Positions 17,063-26,523 of a stretch of 32,000 bases of DNA are shown here, piece by piece. The DNA lies in contig NZ_CP066018.1 in NCBI RefSeq assembly GCF_016127575.1, positions 810,001-842,000 of the forward strand. The letters are read 5' to 3'. Position 1 is the stretch's first letter, and each line of letters opens with the position of its first letter. The position numbers were made by a program, and so were the translations under genes. Below the pieces are notes generated by a model. The model was not told the origin of the DNA. It made no database searches and saw only the letters and a list, made by a program, of their open reading frames with translations. Source of the DNA: Cupriavidus necator. GTDB lineage: Bacteria > Pseudomonadota > Gammaproteobacteria > Burkholderiales > Burkholderiaceae.

Positions 17063-18103
17063 ATGTTCAAAGGCAACGACGACAATGTGCCGCCCTCGCC
17101 GGCGGCGACGGCCGCGCCCGGAAACTATGCCGGCCAGGCGCCGTGGAAGCTGAGCTTCCTGGGGCTCCTGCGGCATCTGTCCGCCCGGCACCCTGACTTG
17201 CCCCCGATCGGGCAGGCAAGCCGGCCACGCGACGAGCCTTTCCGGGCTGGCCAGCAGGCCGCGCTCACCTTCGCGCCCCGGGAGATCGCGCAGGTGCAGC
17301 CGCTGGCCGGCCGGCTCAAGGTGCAATTGTTTGGCTTGGGCATGCTGGGGCCGAACGGGGCGCTGCCGATTCACCTGACGGAAGTTGTACGCGAGCGTAG
17401 CGAAGCACACCGGGACAACACCACCGCCGACTTCCTGGATCTTTTCCACCATCGCGCCTTCACGCAGTTCTACCGCGCGTGGGCAAGCGCCCAAGCCACC
17501 GCGGGCCTCGATCGGCGCGACGGCGAGGTGTTCTCCCGCTATGTCGGCTGGCTGGCGGGCAATGAAGCCGACGAAATCGCGCACAGCACCCTGCCGCCGC
17601 ACGCCCGGCTCGCTGCGAGTGCGCACCAGGTGCGCGAAGCGCGCGATCCCGACGGCATCGCGGCCACGCTTTCTCACTTCTTTGGTGTGCCCGTCAGGCT
17701 TGAAGAGTATGTATTGCACTGGATCGCCGTCGATCCGGCCGAGCGCAGCCGCCTGGGACACCCGGGCGCCCCAGGCGTCATGGGGCAAGGCGCCATGCTT
17801 GGCGAAATGGTGCCGGACCGCCAACACAAGTTCCGCCTGGTGATCGGCCCGCTCGGGTTGCAGCAATACTTGAACTTCACGCCGAACGGCAGGGATCTTC
17901 CGACGCTCATCGAATGGGTGCGCGCCTTCGTCGGCTTCGAGTTCGTCTGGGAAGCCGAGCTGCAGGTGATCCCGGACTCGGCGCCGCCTGCCATCCTGGG
18001 CTCGCAGGAACGCCTGGGCTGGTCCACATGGCTGGGCGAACCGGATCGAAGCCGCGCCATCACCGGCATGGTGTTCGAGCCCGAACACTATGCAACACAC
18101 TGA
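17063..18103 (+). CDS. tssG: TssG baseplate protein
   Basis: 346 aa; FLGLLRHL...GQQAALTFAPREIA...GLGMLGPNGALPIHLTE is typical TssG. The ATG lies 2 nt after the tssF stop. Confidence 0.9.
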   Translation: MFKGNDDNVPPSPAATAAPGNYAGQAPWKLSFLGLLRHLSARHPDLPPIGQASRPRDEPFRAGQQAALTFAPREIAQVQPLAGRLKVQLFGLGMLGPNGALPIHLTEVVRERSEAHRDNTTADFLDLFHHRAFTQFYRAWASAQATAGLDRRDGEVFSRYVGWLAGNEADEIAHSTLPPHARLAASAHQVREARDPDGIAATLSHFFGVPVRLEEYVLHWIAVDPAERSRLGHPGAPGVMGQGAMLGEMVPDRQHKFRLVIGPLGLQQYLNFTPNGRDLPTLIEWVRAFVGFEFVWEAELQVIPDSAPPAILGSQERLGWSTWLGEPDRSRAITGMVFEPEHYATH

Positions 18104-18105
18104 CC

Positions 18106-19152
18106 ATGAATGCCAAAGCCAAGGCCGTACCGGTGCCAAGACCCGACTTTCCCTTCCCGGAACTGCTGGAACCTGTCGCACCCGACAGGCCATGCGGTGA
18201 CGACCTGGAGTACGACCCTGAGTTCGTCGTGCTGCTGGCCAAGGCGGCGCCGAAGCCCGACGCGCAGTACGGCAACTTCGTCAGCGAGCCCGAAGCCATC
18301 AACTGGGCGGATCTGGAGCGCGACTGCCGGCGCCTGCTGCTGCGCACGCGCGACATCCGCATCCTGGCGCTGCTGCTGCGCTGCCGTACCCGGCTAGGCC
18401 AGGCAAGCGGTCTGCGCGACGGACTCGCGGCCATGGCGCGGCTGCTGGCAAAATGGCCCGATGCCATCCATCCGCAGTTATGCGTCGATGGCGAAACCGA
18501 TCCCGCGATGCGCGCCAATGCGCTCGCCGCGCTGACCGACCCGGAGGGGCTGATGCGGGACGTGCGGGAGTTGACGATCACAGGCAACGCGGCGCTCCGG
18601 CTGCAGATCCGGGATGTCGAGCGCTCGCTCGGCGTGCCGCGGCCCGCGGACGCCCTGGCGCCGGAATCGGTGCGGCAGCAAATGCAGGATCTGCGCCAGC
18701 AGAACAGCCCCGCCCTCACGGCACTCGACGAGGCCGCAGGCCAGGCAGCGGCCATTGACGGTTGGGCAAAAGCCAACCTCCGGCAGGACAGCCCCGACTT
18801 GAGCCCTCTGCTCAAGCTGCTTGGCATGATGACGAGCACTGTCGCGACCGCCCCGGCACCGCCGGTCGCTGCATCCACCGCCGCGCCAGTCGCTTCTCCT
18901 TCATGCGGCGATGCTGCCGGCGGTCTTTCCCCTGCCGCAACCGCCGTGCACTCAGGCGCCTGCAAACCGCGGGATCGCGATGCCGCCCTGGCCACCATCC
19001 GCACCGCGCGTCAATGGTTCGAGTTCCACGAACCCAGCAGCCCGGTGGCACTGCTGCTCAGGCAAGCCGAGCGGCTGACCGGCAAGCGCTTCGATGAAGT
19101 GTTCCAGGCGATCCCTGCGGATCTGGTGGAGCGCTGGGCGCAGGACACATAG
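18106..19152 (+). CDS. tssA: TssA (ImpA N-terminal domain protein)
   Basis: 348 aa with the ImpA_N motif PCGDDLEYDPEFVVLLAKA...INWADLERDCRRLL..TRDIRILALLLRC, and the C-terminal end HEPSSPVALLLRQAERL. The ATG lies 2 nt after the tssG stop. Confidence 0.9.
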   Translation: MNAKAKAVPVPRPDFPFPELLEPVAPDRPCGDDLEYDPEFVVLLAKAAPKPDAQYGNFVSEPEAINWADLERDCRRLLLRTRDIRILALLLRCRTRLGQASGLRDGLAAMARLLAKWPDAIHPQLCVDGETDPAMRANALAALTDPEGLMRDVRELTITGNAALRLQIRDVERSLGVPRPADALAPESVRQQMQDLRQQNSPALTALDEAAGQAAAIDGWAKANLRQDSPDLSPLLKLLGMMTSTVATAPAPPVAASTAAPVASPSCGDAAGGLSPAATAVHSGACKPRDRDAALATIRTARQWFEFHEPSSPVALLLRQAERLTGKRFDEVFQAIPADLVERWAQDT

Positions 19153-19170
19153 CGGCAACCGGCCTGCAAG

Positions 19171-19395
19171 CTACTCCAGCATCGCCCGATGCCGCCCCAG
19201 CGCCTCGCGCACGATGTCCAGCAGCCCGCTCCCTGCCTCGGCATCCACATGCCCCAGCAAGGCCTTGCGCATGCGCGGCTCCCAAAACCGCTTGATATGC
19301 CCTGCAATATCAGAGACGGCCTCTTCCCGATCCGGCATGGCCTCGAAGAAGCTGCCGATCTGGTTGGCCATGGTGATGAGGTTGTCGATCTTCAT
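19171..19395 (-). CDS. fdsD: Formate dehydrogenase delta subunit FdsD
   Basis: 74 aa. It is the last gene of the fds operon, and its ATG overlaps the fdsC stop (ATGA). Confidence 0.85.
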   Translation of the reverse strand: MKIDNLITMANQIGSFFEAMPDREEAVSDIAGHIKRFWEPRMRKALLGHVDAEAGSGLLDIVREALGRHRAMLE

Positions 19396-20258
19396 GCCAG
19401 GCTCGCTTCGTGCTGCAGGCGTTGGGGATGGGCATAGACCACGTGCGCGCCGGCGCGCACGAAGCCGGCCAGGGTGATGCTGGCTTGTTCGGCAAGCCGC
19501 ACGGCCAGCGCCGTCGGTGCGGACACTGCGGCGAGCACGCCGGCGCCGATGGCGGCGGTCTTCAGCACCATTTCATAGCTGGCGCGGCTGGTCACCAGCA
19601 CCGCGCCGCTGGAGATGTCCTCGCCGCTGCTGGCGAGCGCGCCCGCCAGCTTGTCCAGCGCGTTGTGGCGGCCCACGTCTTCACGCACCAGTGATACATG
19701 GCCATCGGCACGCAGCCATGCGGCAGCGTGCGTCGCACCCGTGTGTTGCTGCAGTTCCTGCCGCAGTTGCAGTTGCACGAACGCGGCCTGGATCACGTCG
19801 GTATGGAAGCTGGCATCGCTGCGCACCGGTGCCGGCAGGCGCATCACCTGTTCCAGCGATTCGGTGCCGCACAGCCCGCAGCCGGTGCGCCCGGCCAGCG
19901 AGCGGCGGCGGTCCTTGAGCCGCATGAAGGCTTCCGATGCGATCTCCAGCTGCACGGCGATGCCGTGCTCGCGCGTGTCGATCTCGATGTCATAGACGTC
20001 GCTGGCACGGGTAACGATGCCTTCGCTCAGGCTGAAGCCGAGTGCGAAGTCCTCCAGGTCGGCCGGCGTCGCCAGCATCACCGCGTGCGAGATGCCGTTG
20101 TACACCAGCGCGACCGGCACTTCCTCGGCCACTTCATCGGGGCTCAGCATCAGCTCGCCGCGGCGCCAGCGGCTGACGGCGAAGGTGCTGTGAGTGGGCG
20201 GCTCGGCGTCTCCGGCCGCGGCCGGATGCACCTCCGGTGACTGCATGCAGCGCATCAT
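19392..20258 (-). CDS. fdsC: FdhD/FdsC sulfurtransferase for formate dehydrogenase maturation
   Basis: 288 aa, FdhD-like (VALVYNGISHAVMLATPADLEDFALGFSLSEGI, TGCGLCG, GRHNALDK). GGAGGG Shine-Dalgarno upstream. Confidence 0.9.
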   Translation of the reverse strand: MMRCMQSPEVHPAAAGDAEPPTHSTFAVSRWRRGELMLSPDEVAEEVPVALVYNGISHAVMLATPADLEDFALGFSLSEGIVTRASDVYDIEIDTREHGIAVQLEIASEAFMRLKDRRRSLAGRTGCGLCGTESLEQVMRLPAPVRSDASFHTDVIQAAFVQLQLRQELQQHTGATHAAAWLRADGHVSLVREDVGRHNALDKLAGALASSGEDISSGAVLVTSRASYEMVLKTAAIGAGVLAAVSAPTALAVRLAEQASITLAGFVRAGAHVVYAHPQRLQHEASLA

Positions 20259-20273
20259 GGTGCGGCCCTCCGC

Positions 20274-23153
20274 TCAGCGTACGGCCTGCGCCGGGTCGGC
20301 GCTGGCGGCTTCCAGCAGTTGCAGCTGCTGGGCGTTGAACTCCTGGTACTCCCGCTGCCACGCCGACGGCTGCGCCACCGGCAGCACCTGCACCGCGGTC
20401 ACCTTGTACTCCGGGCAGTTGGTGGCCCAGTCGGAGTTGTCGGTGGTGATCACGTTGGCGCCGGATTCCGGGAAGTGGAAGGTGGTGTAGACCACGCCCG
20501 GCTGCATGCGCTCGCTGACGATCGCGCGCAGCACCGTGTCGCCGGCACGGCTCTGCACCCCGACCCAGTCGCCGTCCTTGATGCCGCGCTCCTCGGCATC
20601 GTGCGGATGGATCTCGAGCCGGTCCTCGGCATGCCAGTAGACGTTGTCGGTACGGCGCGTCTGCGCGCCGACGTTGTATTGCGACAGGATGCGGCCGGTG
20701 GTCAGGATCAGCGGGAAGGCGCGCGTGATCTTCTCGGTGGTGGGCACGTACTTGGTGATGATGAACTTGCCCTTGCCGCGCACGAAGGTGTCGATATGCA
20801 TGGTCGGCGTGCCTTCCGGCGCGTCGGCGTTGCACGGCCACTGGATGCTGCCGAGCTGGTCCAGGCGCTTGTAGCTGACACCGGCGAAGGTCGGCGTCAG
20901 GCGCGCGATCTCGTCCATGATCTCCGACGGATGCTTGTAGTCCATCGGGTAGCCCAGCGCATTGGCCAGCAGGATGGTGGCTTCCCAGTCGGCATAGCGC
21001 GCCTTGGGCGGCATCACCTTGCGCACGCGCGAGATGCGGCGCTCGGCGTTGGTGAAGGTGCCGTCCTTTTCCAGGAAGGACGAGCCCGGCAGGAACACGT
21101 GCGCGTACTTGGCGGTCTCGTTCAGGAAGATGTCCTGCACCACGATGCATTCCATCGATGACAGCGCCTCGGACACGTGCTGCGTGTTCGGGTCGGACTG
21201 GACAATGTCCTCGCCCTGGCAGTAGAGGCCCTTGAAGCTGCCGGCCAGCGCGGCTTCAAACATATTGGGGATGCGCAGGCCCGGCTCGGGGCTGATCTCG
21301 ACATTCCACGCGGCTTCGAACAGACCGCGCGTGGTCGAGTCCGACACGTGGCGATAGCCCGGCAGCTCATGCGGGAACGAACCGATGTCGCACGAGCCCT
21401 GCACATTGTTCTGCCCGCGCAGCGGGTTCACACCCACGCCTTCGCGGCCGATATTGCCGGTGGCCATGGCGAGGTTGGCAATGCCCATCACGGTGGTTGA
21501 GCCTTGCGCATGCTCGGTCACGCCCAGGCCGTAGTAGATCGCAGCGTTGCCGCCGGTGGCATACAGGCGTGCGGCACCGCGCAGCTGTTCCGCCGGAATG
21601 CCGGTCACGCTTTCCATCGCCTCCGGCGAGTTCTCCGGCAGCGAGACGAAATCGCGCCATTGCTGGAAGGCGCGGTCCTCGCAGCGCTCGGCGATGAAAG
21701 CTTCGTTGAGCAGGCCTTCGGTGACGATCACGTGGGCCAGCGAGGTCACCAGCGCCACGTTGGTGCCCGGGCGCAGTTGCAGGTGATAGTCGGCACGGAT
21801 ATGCGGGGAGTCGACCAGGTCGATGCGGCGCGGATCGACCACGATCAGCCTGGCGCCGGCGCGCAGGCGCTTCTTCATGCGCGACGCAAAGACCGGGTGG
21901 CCGTCGGTCGGGTTGGCACCGATCACCATGATCACGTCGGCCTTCTCCACCGACTTGAAGGTCTGCGTGCCGGCCGATTCGCCCAGGGTCTGCTTCAGGC
22001 CGTAGCCGGTCGGCGAATGGCACACGCGCGCGCAGGTGTCGACGTTGTTGTTGCCGAAGGCTGCGCGCACCAGCTTCTGCACCAGGTAGCCCTCTTCATT
22101 GGTGCAGCGCGACGACACGATGCCGCCGATGGAGTCCTTGCCGTGCTCGGCCTGGATACGCTTGAACTGCGACGCGGCATAGTCGATCGCCTCTTCCCAC
22201 GACACCTCGCGCCACGGATCGGTGATCTTGGCGCGGATCATCGGCTTGAGGATGCGGTCCTTGTGCGTGGCGTAGCCCCAGGCAAAGCGGCCCTTGACGC
22301 AGGCGTGGCCTTCATTGGCCTTGCCGTCCTTGTACGGCACCATGCGCACCACTTCATTGCCCTTCATCTCGGCCTTGAACGAACAGCCCACGCCGCAATA
22401 GGCACAGGTGGTCACGGTGCTGTGCGAGGGCTGGCCGAACTTGATCACCGAGGTCTCGGTCAGCGTCGCGGTCGGGCACGCCTGCACGCAGGCGCCGCAC
22501 GAGACGCAGTCCGATTCCATGAACGACTGGCTGGTTCCGGGCGAGACGCGGGAATCGAAGCCGCGGCCGCTGATGGTCAGGGCGAAGGTGCCCTGCGTTT
22601 CCTCGCAGGCGCGCACGCAGCGGTTGCAGACGATGCACTTGGAGGGGTCGTAGGTGAAGTAAGGATTGGATTCGTCCTTCTTCATCTGCGTGTGGGTCGC
22701 GATCGGCGCAGCTTCCGGGCCGCCGTCGTTGTAGCGCACTTCACGCAGGCCGACCACGCCGGCCATGTCCTGCAGCTCGCAGTTGCCGTTGGTCGGGCAG
22801 GTCAGGCAATCGAGCGGGTGGTCGGAGATATACAGCTCCATCACGCCGCGGCGCAGGTCGGCCAGCTTGTCGCTCTGGGTCTTGACCTTCATGCCGGCTT
22901 CGACCGGCGTGGTGCACGATGCCGGATAGCCGCGGCGCCCTTCGATCTCGACCAGGCACAGCCGGCACGAGCCGAAGGCTTCGAGGCTGTCGGTGGCGCA
23001 CAGCTTGGGGACGGCGATCTGCGCTTCCATCGCGGCGCGCATCACCGAGGTGCCGGCGGGCACGGTGACGCTGACGCCATCGACCTCCAGGGTGACCAGT
23101 TCGGTGGATGGGCTGGCGGGCGTGCCGAAATCGATCTCGTTGCGGGCGTTCAT
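20274..23153 (-). CDS. fdsA: NAD-dependent formate dehydrogenase alpha subunit (Mo-bisPGD, Fe-S)
   Basis: 959 aa. It has an N-terminal 2Fe-2S/NuoG-like domain (FGSCRLCLVEI), 4Fe-4S motifs (CIVCNRCVRACE, CVSCGACVQACP) and a molybdopterin oxidoreductase domain. Confidence 0.95.
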   Translation of the reverse strand: MNARNEIDFGTPASPSTELVTLEVDGVSVTVPAGTSVMRAAMEAQIAVPKLCATDSLEAFGSCRLCLVEIEGRRGYPASCTTPVEAGMKVKTQSDKLADLRRGVMELYISDHPLDCLTCPTNGNCELQDMAGVVGLREVRYNDGGPEAAPIATHTQMKKDESNPYFTYDPSKCIVCNRCVRACEETQGTFALTISGRGFDSRVSPGTSQSFMESDCVSCGACVQACPTATLTETSVIKFGQPSHSTVTTCAYCGVGCSFKAEMKGNEVVRMVPYKDGKANEGHACVKGRFAWGYATHKDRILKPMIRAKITDPWREVSWEEAIDYAASQFKRIQAEHGKDSIGGIVSSRCTNEEGYLVQKLVRAAFGNNNVDTCARVCHSPTGYGLKQTLGESAGTQTFKSVEKADVIMVIGANPTDGHPVFASRMKKRLRAGARLIVVDPRRIDLVDSPHIRADYHLQLRPGTNVALVTSLAHVIVTEGLLNEAFIAERCEDRAFQQWRDFVSLPENSPEAMESVTGIPAEQLRGAARLYATGGNAAIYYGLGVTEHAQGSTTVMGIANLAMATGNIGREGVGVNPLRGQNNVQGSCDIGSFPHELPGYRHVSDSTTRGLFEAAWNVEISPEPGLRIPNMFEAALAGSFKGLYCQGEDIVQSDPNTQHVSEALSSMECIVVQDIFLNETAKYAHVFLPGSSFLEKDGTFTNAERRISRVRKVMPPKARYADWEATILLANALGYPMDYKHPSEIMDEIARLTPTFAGVSYKRLDQLGSIQWPCNADAPEGTPTMHIDTFVRGKGKFIITKYVPTTEKITRAFPLILTTGRILSQYNVGAQTRRTDNVYWHAEDRLEIHPHDAEERGIKDGDWVGVQSRAGDTVLRAIVSERMQPGVVYTTFHFPESGANVITTDNSDWATNCPEYKVTAVQVLPVAQPSAWQREYQEFNAQQLQLLEAASADPAQAVR

Positions 23154-23188
23154 GGCGGTTTGTCTCCCGTGTCTCTGCTGGACCTGGC

Positions 23189-24751
23189 TCAGGCGGCCTT
23201 GGCTGGGTTGGAGGCGAGGCCGAAGTCCTCGGGGAATTCATTCAGCGCGGACAGCACCGGGTACGGGGTCATGCCGCCCATCGCGCACAGCGAGCCGTTG
23301 AGCATGGTGTCGCACAGGTCGCGCACCAGGGCGACGTGCTTGACCGGCTGCTCGCCGGCGATGATGCGGTCCATCACTTCGACGCCGCGGGTCGAGCCGA
23401 TCCGGCACGGGGTGCACTTGCCGCACGATTCGATCGCGCAGAACTCCATCGCGTAGCGGGCCTGCTTTGCCATGTCGACGGTTTCATCGAACACCACGAT
23501 GCCGCCGTGGCCGACCACGCCGCCGAACGCGGCATAGGCTTCATAGTCCAGCGGCACGTCGAAGCGCGACTCGGGCAGGTAGGCGCCCAGCGGCCCGCCC
23601 ACCTGCACCGCGCGGATGGCGCGGCCGCTGCGCGTGCCGCCGCCGTAGTCGACCAGCAGCTCGCGCAGCGTCACGCCGAACGCCTTTTCCACCAGTCCGC
23701 CCTGCTTGATGTTGCCGGCAAGCTGGAACGGCAGCGTGCCGCGCGAACGGCCCATGCCGTAGTCGCGGTAGTACTGCGCGCCGCGCGCCAGGATCACCGG
23801 CACGGTGGCCAGCGAGATCACGTTGTTGATCACCGTGGGCTTGCCGAACAGCCCCTGCAGCGCCGGCAGCGGCGGCTTGGCGCGCACCACGCCGCGCCGT
23901 CCTTCCAGGCTTTCCAGCAGCGCGGTTTCCTCGCCGCAGACATAGGCGCCGGCGCCCTTGCGCACTTCGAGGTGGAAGCGCTTGCCGCTGCCGCGGATGT
24001 CGTCGCCGAGCCAGCCGGCGGCGTTGGCGATACCAATCGCGCTTTCCAGCACGGCAATCGCGTGCGGGTATTCGGAACGGCAGTAGATGTAGCCCTGCTC
24101 CGCACCCACCGCAAGCGCGGCAATGGTCATGCCTTCGATCAGCATGAACGGGTCGTCTTCCATCACCATGCGATCGGAGAACGTGCCCGAGTCGCCCTCG
24201 TCGGCATTGCAGACGATGTACTTGACCGCGGACTGCGCGCCCAGCACGGTCTTCCACTTGATGCCGGTCGGGAACGCCGCGCCGCCGCGGCCGCGCAGGC
24301 CGGAGTCGGTGACCTCCTGCACGATCTCGGCGGGCTGCATCGCCAGCGCGCGCTCCAGGCCGGCAAAGCCCTCATGCGCGCGGTAGTCGTCCAGCGACAG
24401 CGGATCGGTGATGCCGACGCGGGCGAAGGTCAGGCGCTCCTGCTGCTTCAGGAAGGGGATCTCTTCGGTGACGCCCTGCGACAGCGCGTGCTCGCCGCCT
24501 TGCAGCAAGCCGGCGTCGAACAGCCCCGGCACGTCTGCGGCGCTGACCGGGCCATAGGCCACGCGGCCGGCTCCGGTCTGCACCTCGACCAGCGGCTCCA
24601 GCCAGAACATGCCGCGCGAGCCATTGCGCACAATGCGCACGTGCTCGTTGCGCGCCGCGGCTTCACGCGCGATGGCGCGGGCGACGTCGTCGGCGCCCAG
24701 TGCCAGCGCGGTGGAATCGCGCGGCACGAAGATGGTGGTGATCGTGATCAT
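23189..24751 (-). CDS. fdsB: Formate dehydrogenase beta subunit (NuoF-like, FMN/NAD-binding, 4Fe-4S)
   Basis: 520 aa from MITITTIFVPRDS; NuoF-like motifs GRGGAAFPTG and ESCGKCTPCR. The start overlaps the fdsG stop (ATGA), so the 49-codon ORF-track extension is rejected. Confidence 0.9.
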   Translation of the reverse strand: MITITTIFVPRDSTALALGADDVARAIAREAAARNEHVRIVRNGSRGMFWLEPLVEVQTGAGRVAYGPVSAADVPGLFDAGLLQGGEHALSQGVTEEIPFLKQQERLTFARVGITDPLSLDDYRAHEGFAGLERALAMQPAEIVQEVTDSGLRGRGGAAFPTGIKWKTVLGAQSAVKYIVCNADEGDSGTFSDRMVMEDDPFMLIEGMTIAALAVGAEQGYIYCRSEYPHAIAVLESAIGIANAAGWLGDDIRGSGKRFHLEVRKGAGAYVCGEETALLESLEGRRGVVRAKPPLPALQGLFGKPTVINNVISLATVPVILARGAQYYRDYGMGRSRGTLPFQLAGNIKQGGLVEKAFGVTLRELLVDYGGGTRSGRAIRAVQVGGPLGAYLPESRFDVPLDYEAYAAFGGVVGHGGIVVFDETVDMAKQARYAMEFCAIESCGKCTPCRIGSTRGVEVMDRIIAGEQPVKHVALVRDLCDTMLNGSLCAMGGMTPYPVLSALNEFPEDFGLASNPAKAA

Positions 24752-25278
24752 GCCTGTGCCTCCGCGGCTTCCGTGGTCTTTTCCGCGGACGACTCGCGCA
24801 GCGAGCGCACCAGCGCGTCGAAGCGCCTGGCATCGACATAGCCGTGCAGCTGCTCGCCGACCATCACGGCGGGGCCGCAGGCGCACTGGCCCAGGCAATA
24901 AACCGGCTCCAGCGTCACCTGCCCGTCCGCGGTGGTTTCATGAAAGCCACAGCCAAGTGCGCGCTGCGCATGCTCGGCCAGCGCTTCGGCGCCGACCGAC
25001 TGGCAGGCTTCGGCGCGGCAGACCTGCACCACGTGGCGCCCGGCCGGCTGCTGGCGGAAATGGTGGTAGAAGGTGATCACGCCGTGCACCTCGGCGCGCG
25101 ACAGGTTCAGCGCGCGGGCAATGACGGGCACGGCGGCGTCGGGGATATAGCCCTGTGTGTCCTGGATCTCATGCAGGATCGGCAGCAAGGCGCCCGGTAT
25201 GTCCTGGCGCGCGGCCACGATGGCGGCGATGCGCGTGGCATCGGCGGATGCCGGTGCGTGGGGGGAAATTTCTGGCAT
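24748..25278 (-). CDS. fdsG: Formate dehydrogenase gamma subunit (NuoE-like 2Fe-2S)
   Basis: 176 aa; LLPILHEIQ...VCRAEACQ...CLGQCACGP is the NuoE-type 2Fe-2S pattern. Confidence 0.9.
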   Translation of the reverse strand: MPEISPHAPASADATRIAAIVAARQDIPGALLPILHEIQDTQGYIPDAAVPVIARALNLSRAEVHGVITFYHHFRQQPAGRHVVQVCRAEACQSVGAEALAEHAQRALGCGFHETTADGQVTLEPVYCLGQCACGPAVMVGEQLHGYVDARRFDALVRSLRESSAEKTTEAAEAQA

Positions 25279-25428
25279 AGCGTCTCCTGTGAGGCATTGC
25301 GCAGATCGGCAGCGCGGCCTCTTATATGCTATTTTTTTCCTATTTACGGGCTGTGACGTCGCCGTTTTTTCCCGTTTGAAGGACTATATGAGAGTGACAG
25401 CGGCCCTTCAATAAGCTATTTTCTACAT
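25279..25428. promoter_or_regulatory. fdsG-fdsR divergent control region
   Basis: 150-bp T-rich spacer. A near-repeat, ATATGCTATTTTT (around 25323-25335) and ATAAGCTATTTTC (around 25411-25423), contains identical GCTATTTT cores at 25328-25335 and 25415-25422. Confidence 0.5.
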
Positions 25429-26523
25429 ATGATTCGCATCTCGATCCACCCGCACCTGCAGATCCGGGACGACGCCAGCCCCGGTGGCGAGGCCCTGGAC
25501 GTGTCCCGCCTGGTGGCCCTGCTCGGCCATATCGAGGAATCCGGCAGCATCAGCCACTCGGCGCAGGCGGTATCGCTGTCCTACCGCTACGCCTGGGGCA
25601 TCCTGCGCGATGCCGAGGCGCTGTTCGGCGGCCCGCTGATCGACAAGACCCGCGGGCGCGGCAGCGCGCTGACGCCGCTGGCGCAGCAGTTGGTGTGGGC
25701 CAGCAAGCGGATCGGCGCGCGGCTGTCGCCGACGCTGGACAGCCTGGCGTCCGAGCTGGAGATCGAGTTGAAGAAGCTGATGGACCAGCCCGAAGCCACG
25801 GCGCGGCTGCATGCCAGCCACGGCTTCGCGGTGGCGGCGCTGCGCGACTTCCTCGACGAGCAGCAGGTGCGGCACGACCTGAAGTACTGCGGCAGCGTCG
25901 AGGCCGTGGCGGCACTGGCCGAAGGCGCCTGCGATATCGCCGGCTTCCATGTGCCGGTGGGCGAGTTCGAGCACGGCATGTGGCGGCATTTCACCACCTG
26001 GCTCAAGCCGGACACCCACTGCCTGGTGCACCTGGCGGTGCGCAGCCAGGGACTGTTCGTGCGGCCGGACAACCCGCTTGGCATCCACACGCTGGAAGAC
26101 CTGACCCGGCGCGAGGTGCGCTTCGTCAACCGCCAGGTGGGCTCGGGCACGCGCCTGCTGCTGGACCTGATGCTGGCCGCGCGCGGCATCGACACGGCCC
26201 GCATCGAGGGCTACAGCAACGGTGAATTCACCCACGCCGCGGTGGCCGCGTATATCGGCAGCGGCATGGCCGACGTGGGCTTTGGCGTGGAAACCGCGGC
26301 GCGGCGCTTCGGGCTGGCGTTCGTGCCGGTGATCAAGGAGCGCTACTTCTTTGCGATCGAGCGCGCCAAGCTGCGCAGCGCGGCACTGGCCGGCGCGGTG
26401 GACGCGCTTACCAGCGAAGCCTTCCGCCAGCGCGTCAATGCACTGCCCGGCTACGACGGCACGCTGACCGGCACCGTGCTGACGCTGGAAGAAGCGTTCC
26501 CGGATTACGCTGAGGCGCGCTAG
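25429..26523 (+). CDS. fdsR: Transcriptional regulator of the fds operon (LysR/ModE-type wHTH plus periplasmic-binding-protein-like domain)
   Basis: 364 aa, divergent from fdsG as in the C. necator fds locus. The N-terminal LLGHIEESGSISHSAQAVSLSYRYAW is a ModE/LysR-type HTH, and the remainder looks like a PBP-like ligand domain. There is no obvious Shine-Dalgarno before the ATG at 25429. Confidence 0.8.
   Translation: MIRISIHPHLQIRDDASPGGEALDVSRLVALLGHIEESGSISHSAQAVSLSYRYAWGILRDAEALFGGPLIDKTRGRGSALTPLAQQLVWASKRIGARLSPTLDSLASELEIELKKLMDQPEATARLHASHGFAVAALRDFLDEQQVRHDLKYCGSVEAVAALAEGACDIAGFHVPVGEFEHGMWRHFTTWLKPDTHCLVHLAVRSQGLFVRPDNPLGIHTLEDLTRREVRFVNRQVGSGTRLLLDLMLAARGIDTARIEGYSNGEFTHAAVAAYIGSGMADVGFGVETAARRFGLAFVPVIKERYFFAIERAKLRSAALAGAVDALTSEAFRQRVNALPGYDGTLTGTVLTLEEAFPDYAEAR

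Noticed and set aside
19153-19170. Terminator between the convergent tssA and fdsD genes
   Set aside because: The 18-nt spacer CGGCAACCGGCCTGCAAG has no usable stem-loop or U-tract, so no terminator feature is called.
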